NCBI GenBank assembly: GCA_036732145.1
Contig: DAINCY010000001.1
Location: 5,197 to 69,196, forward strand
Reading direction: 5' to 3'
Origin: Candidatus Dormiibacterota bacterium
Lineage (GTDB): Bacteria > Chloroflexota > Dormibacteria > Aeolococcales > Aeolococcaceae
Length of the DNA stretch: 64,000 nucleotides
Shown one piece after another: positions 60,405 to 64,000 of this stretch (position 1 is the stretch's first letter; every line of letters begins with the position of its first letter). Under the pieces are notes generated by a model, which was given only the letters and a program-made list of their open reading frames with translations, made no database searches and was not told the origin of the DNA. Both the position numbers and the translations under genes were made by a program.

Positions 60405-61794
60405 CGGCTGCCCCCAGCGCCGCCACCAATCGCAGAGCGACCTGGTCGAATCCGCCCAGGGACAGGACCACAAGAACGTCGCCTGGTCTGGTGGTGCGCG
60501 CCAGCATGTCGATCGCCTCGGTCGATGAATCCACCACGTGCACCGGCACTGAGTCGCCGAGGCGGGCGGCGACATCGTGGCTGCTGACGGTCGCCTCCAT
60601 GCCGCGTTCCCGGGCAACCTCGATCGGTCCAAGCACCACGACGTCTGCCCCGGCGAAGCTGTGCGCGTAGTCATCGAGAAGCGTGCGCGTCCGAGAGTAT
60701 GTATGCGGGGTGTGGATGGCGACGAGGCGGCGGCCGGGGTAGCGCTCACGCGCGGCCGCGATGGTCACCTCGACCTCCGTTGGATGATGGGCGTAGTCGT
60801 CCACCACGGTGACGCCGCCGACGTCGCCAACCACCTCGAAGCGGCGCGCCGGACCTCGGAAGTTGGCGCAGGCGTCGATGCACAGCTGCAGCGGGGCGCC
60901 GGCGTCAACGGCCAGCACCAGCGCCGCTGTGGCGTTGAGCGCGTTGTGTCTGCCGGGGAAGGTCAGGGCAACCTCGTGCAACCCGGCCGCCTCGGCGACG
61001 GTGTAGCGCTGTTGCTGACCGGTGTCGTTGCCGAGCTGCACCCGCCAGTCCGCGCCCTCGTCGCACCCATACGTGACCACCCGGCACGTGGCATGCGCGG
61101 CGAGGCCGGTGCATTCGGGATCATCGGCACAGAGCACGAGGAGACCGTCGGGCGGCATCGATTGGGCCAGCTCCACGAACGGGGCCCGGTAGGCGTCCAG
61201 GGTCGGATAGACGTCGGGGTGATCCAACTCCAAGCGGGTGACGCAGGCAGCGACCGGCCGGATGTGGAGGAACTTGGGACGCGGATCCCAGGGGGCTGTG
61301 GTGTACTCGTCACCCTCGAACACGAACGGCCCGGTCCCCAGCCTGGCGCTCCCGCCCAGGTCAAGAGAGGTCGAGCCGAGCCGGTACCCGGGGTTCATGC
61401 CGCACGTGTCGAGCATGTGGGCGAGCAAGGACGACGTGGTGGTCTTCCCGTGCGTCCCGCAGACGGCGATCCGGCGGCGATCGGCGGTCAGCCTCAGGTA
61501 GAACTCCATCTCGCTGCACGTCGGTAGCCCGCGGTCACGGGCGGCCAGCCACTCAGGATTGGTCATGCGGGTCTGGTTCCCCACCACCACCAGGTCGGGG
61601 ACACCCCAGCGTTCCAGGTTGGCCGGGTCGCTGCCGTCGACCCAGTCGACGCCGGCCGCGGCGAGGATGTCGGTGGTGGGCGGGTAGGCGTGATCGTCGG
61701 AGCCGGACACCCGCCAGCCCTGCTGGCGCGCCACCAGAGCGGCGCCGCTCACCGCGTAGCCGCAGATGCCGAGGAAGTGGACATGACCGGTCAC
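60394..61794 (-). CDS. murC: UDP-N-acetylmuramate--L-alanine ligase
   Basis: N-terminal HVHFLGICGYAVSGAA. P-loop GTHGKTTTSS. 466 aa. Confidence 0.9.
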   Translation of the reverse strand: MTGHVHFLGICGYAVSGAALVARQQGWRVSGSDDHAYPPTTDILAAAGVDWVDGSDPANLERWGVPDLVVVGNQTRMTNPEWLAARDRGLPTCSEMEFYLRLTADRRRIAVCGTHGKTTTSSLLAHMLDTCGMNPGYRLGSTSLDLGGSARLGTGPFVFEGDEYTTAPWDPRPKFLHIRPVAACVTRLELDHPDVYPTLDAYRAPFVELAQSMPPDGLLVLCADDPECTGLAAHATCRVVTYGCDEGADWRVQLGNDTGQQQRYTVAEAAGLHEVALTFPGRHNALNATAALVLAVDAGAPLQLCIDACANFRGPARRFEVVGDVGGVTVVDDYAHHPTEVEVTIAAARERYPGRRLVAIHTPHTYSRTRTLLDDYAHSFAGADVVVLGPIEVARERGMEATVSSHDVAARLGDSVPVHVVDSSTEAIDMLARTTRPGDVLVVLSLGGFDQVALRLVAALGAAGVH

Positions 61795-62894
61795 CCCGGA
61801 ATTCTCGCCGCCGCACCGGTCAACTCGCCGAGCAGTTCCACGATCCGAGATGCCGCATCACGCCGCCCGAGCTGACTGCTGATGGTGGCCATGCGCCGCC
61901 ACGTCGAGGGATCGTCGAGCAGGGCTGTCAGCTCACTGGCGACACGCTGCCCATCGCACTCGGAGTCGGGGATGAGCCGCGCCGCCCCGGCGTCGACGTA
62001 CGGTGCCGCGTTGAACCGCTGATGGTCGCCGGCATGAGGGTAGGGAACAAGGATCATGGGCCGGCCCAGTGCCGCGCATTCGGCCACCGACGAGCCTCCC
62101 GCTCTCATCAGCACCAGGTCCGCAGCCGCGATGGCCGCGCCGACGTCGCGGATGAAGGGAACCAGGTCCCAGCGCTCACGCAGGTCGGTGGCGAGCCCGG
62201 CGGCCACAACATCCATCTCGTCGGCGTCGAGAGCGCCCGTCTGATGGGTGATGCGCAAGCCAGGGTGCTGTCGCAGCAACGTCTCGATGCATCCGGCCAT
62301 CGCCCGGTTGATCCGCCGCGCACCCTGTGAGCCGCCCATGACCAGCACGGCATCGCAGCCCTCGCCGAGAGTTCGCAGCGGTGTGGCGAGCACCTCGGCG
62401 CGGATGGGATTGCCGGTGTGGATCACTCGCGCGCGAGGGAGATACGCGGCTGTCTGCGCAAATGCGGCCGCGACCATGCTGTCCCGCCGGGCGAGCAGCC
62501 GCGTGGCACGTCCGGGGACCGCATTCTGCTCCATCAGGGCGACGGGAACTCGCAACCACCGGGCCGCCAGGACCACCGGTACGCTCACGTACCCGGCGCC
62601 GCCGATGACGACGTCGGCGCCAAACTCACGGATGATTCTCCGTGCGGTGCGCACCGCCGCCGGCAGTCGAGCCGCGAAGCGGATCACGCTGCCCACGTTG
62701 CCGGCATCCAATCCGGAAACGCGCAGGGTTTCGAGCCGGAATCCCGCCGCCGTCACAAGGCCTTCGGCGACACCACCGCGACGGCCGACGATGAGCACAT
62801 CCCCACTGGGATCAGCGCGGCGCAACTCCTGAGCCATCGCGAGCACCGGTGTCAGATGGCCACCCGTTCCCCCGCCTGCGATCAACGTGCGCAC
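61791..62894 (-). CDS. murG: UDP-N-acetylglucosamine--N-acetylmuramyl-(pentapeptide) pyrophosphoryl-undecaprenol N-acetylglucosamine transferase
   Basis: N-terminal G-loop IAGGGTGGHLTPVLA. GT28 C-terminal domain. Confidence 0.9.
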   Translation of the reverse strand: MRTLIAGGGTGGHLTPVLAMAQELRRADPSGDVLIVGRRGGVAEGLVTAAGFRLETLRVSGLDAGNVGSVIRFAARLPAAVRTARRIIREFGADVVIGGAGYVSVPVVLAARWLRVPVALMEQNAVPGRATRLLARRDSMVAAAFAQTAAYLPRARVIHTGNPIRAEVLATPLRTLGEGCDAVLVMGGSQGARRINRAMAGCIETLLRQHPGLRITHQTGALDADEMDVVAAGLATDLRERWDLVPFIRDVGAAIAAADLVLMRAGGSSVAECAALGRPMILVPYPHAGDHQRFNAAPYVDAGAARLIPDSECDGQRVASELTALLDDPSTWRRMATISSQLGRRDAASRIVELLGELTGAAARIPG

Positions 62895-63930
62895 GCAGTG
62901 TCACCCCCTGTCTGCGGCCCTGAGCCGACACGTTGCAGAGGATGCCGACCCCCGCGAGCGTCATTGCCAATGAGGTGCCACCGTAGCTGATGAACGGCAG
63001 CGGGATGCCGGTGGTGGGAATCACACCGGTGACGGCCCCCATGTTGACGAATGCCTGGATCCCGATCCACGCGGTGATACCTCCGGCGAGCAGCGCACCA
63101 TAGGCGTCTGGCGCGCGCATCGACGCCCGCACTCCACGCCACAGCAGGAGTGTGAACGCCAGGATCACCGAAACAGTTCCGACAAGTCCAAGCTCCTCGC
63201 CGATGATCGCGAAGATGAAGTCCGTGTGCGCCTCCGGCAGCCACTGGTACTTCTGCACCGAATTGCCCAGGCCGACTCCGCCAAGTCCGCCGCTGCCAAG
63301 CGCATAGAGCGCTTGGCACGCCTGGAAACCGGTGTTCAGGGCATCGTCGCACGGATGCGTGAACGTGGCCAGGCGGCTGGACCGGTATGCAACAAGCATG
63401 ACCAGCAGGTAGCCGCCTGCCATGACCACGGCAAGCAGGATAAGCATGTGCCGTTTGCGAACGCCGCCGAGCGCCAGCAAGACCAGGGCTGTCCCGGCGA
63501 TGATGATGCTGCTGCCCAGGTCGCGTTCCAACAGCACCAACGTCAGAAGCACGCCCACGAGCAGGCCGTAGTCGCGGACTCCACGGACGGTGCGGATGGC
63601 CGGAGCACGATCCACCAGCCACCTCGAGAAGAAGAGCACGGAGACGAGAATGGCGATCGCCGAGGGTTGTACCGAGAGCGGTCCGACGGTGAACCAGCGC
63701 CGAGCTCCATTGGCCGCCGTGCCAAAGCGCGGCAACAACACGAGCACAAGCAGCGCCAGAAGACACAGCGCGAGAACAGGAGCCAGACGGCGCAGACGGT
63801 GGTAGTCGGTGCGTGCGAGCACGACGAGTGTGACCACACCGAGAGCCATCCCGACCAACTGTCTCTCGAAGAAGTAGTTGGCGTTTTCGAACCAGAGAAA
63901 GCCCAGCGCCTCGCTGGCGCTGTAGACCAT
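62812..63930 (-). CDS. ftsW: SEDS-family peptidoglycan polymerase FtsW (N-terminus may extend beyond the listed ATG)
   Basis: FtsW/RodA motifs (PEAHTDFIFAIIGEELG, PFISYGGTSL). Ten TM helices. Overlaps murG by 83 nt. Confidence 0.85.
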   Translation of the reverse strand: MVYSASEALGFLWFENANYFFERQLVGMALGVVTLVVLARTDYHRLRRLAPVLALCLLALLVLVLLPRFGTAANGARRWFTVGPLSVQPSAIAILVSVLFFSRWLVDRAPAIRTVRGVRDYGLLVGVLLTLVLLERDLGSSIIIAGTALVLLALGGVRKRHMLILLAVVMAGGYLLVMLVAYRSSRLATFTHPCDDALNTGFQACQALYALGSGGLGGVGLGNSVQKYQWLPEAHTDFIFAIIGEELGLVGTVSVILAFTLLLWRGVRASMRAPDAYGALLAGGITAWIGIQAFVNMGAVTGVIPTTGIPLPFISYGGTSLAMTLAGVGILCNVSAQGRRQGVTLRAHVDRRRGNGWPSDTGARDGSGVAPR

Positions 63931-64000
63931 GACCAGTCCGAAGGCGCACAGCGCCGCGATGTCGGTGAGCAGCCACCCGTCGACGCCGCCGAGGCTCAGC

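Noticed and set aside
62882-63976. 364-aa alternative-frame ORF overlapping ftsW
   Set aside because: Arg/Gly/Ala-rich, no TM helices. The in-frame FtsW translation has SEDS motifs.

Overview
High-GC (~70%) bacterial chromosomal segment, dense with housekeeping genes on both strands and no obvious mobile elements, CRISPR arrays or tRNAs. The one RNA gene I can support is a tmRNA (ssrA, 27032-27401, + strand) that the ORF track misses; its partner smpB lies 9 kb downstream. Recognisable genes, in window order: a ferredoxin, a hybrid sensor histidine kinase, lgt, a tandem-domain YggT protein, dnaE, a DedA-RDD fusion protein, a MarR-controlled small operon, rlmD/rumA-like rRNA methyltransferase, gatCAB, an ECF sigma factor paired with an anti-sigma factor carrying Kelch repeats, pcm, dnaK (without grpE/dnaJ), satP-acs, a Tim44-like protein, an ABC-F ATPase, rarD, bcp, an aquaporin, hflX, a GT87 glycosyltransferase, smpB, priA-def-fmt, separate coaC and coaB genes, gmk, rluD, lspA, yggS, nrdR, and a division/cell-wall (dcw) block ftsW-murG-murC-murB-ddl ... 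ftsQ ... ftsA-ftsZ. The most unusual structure is inside that dcw block: an alpha/beta hydrolase and a membrane-anchored MurF-like ligase are translationally coupled downstream of ddl, and three unrelated genes (metF, an MDR oxidoreductase, a secreted phosphodiesterase) sit between ftsQ and ftsA. The MurF-like ligase cassette is my best candidate for the undescribed system the prompt hints at. I also flag several operator-like palindromes and one gene remnant. Start codons were refined by hand from the ORF track, and GTG/TTG starts are common. Every family assignment rests on motifs read by eye, with no database search.
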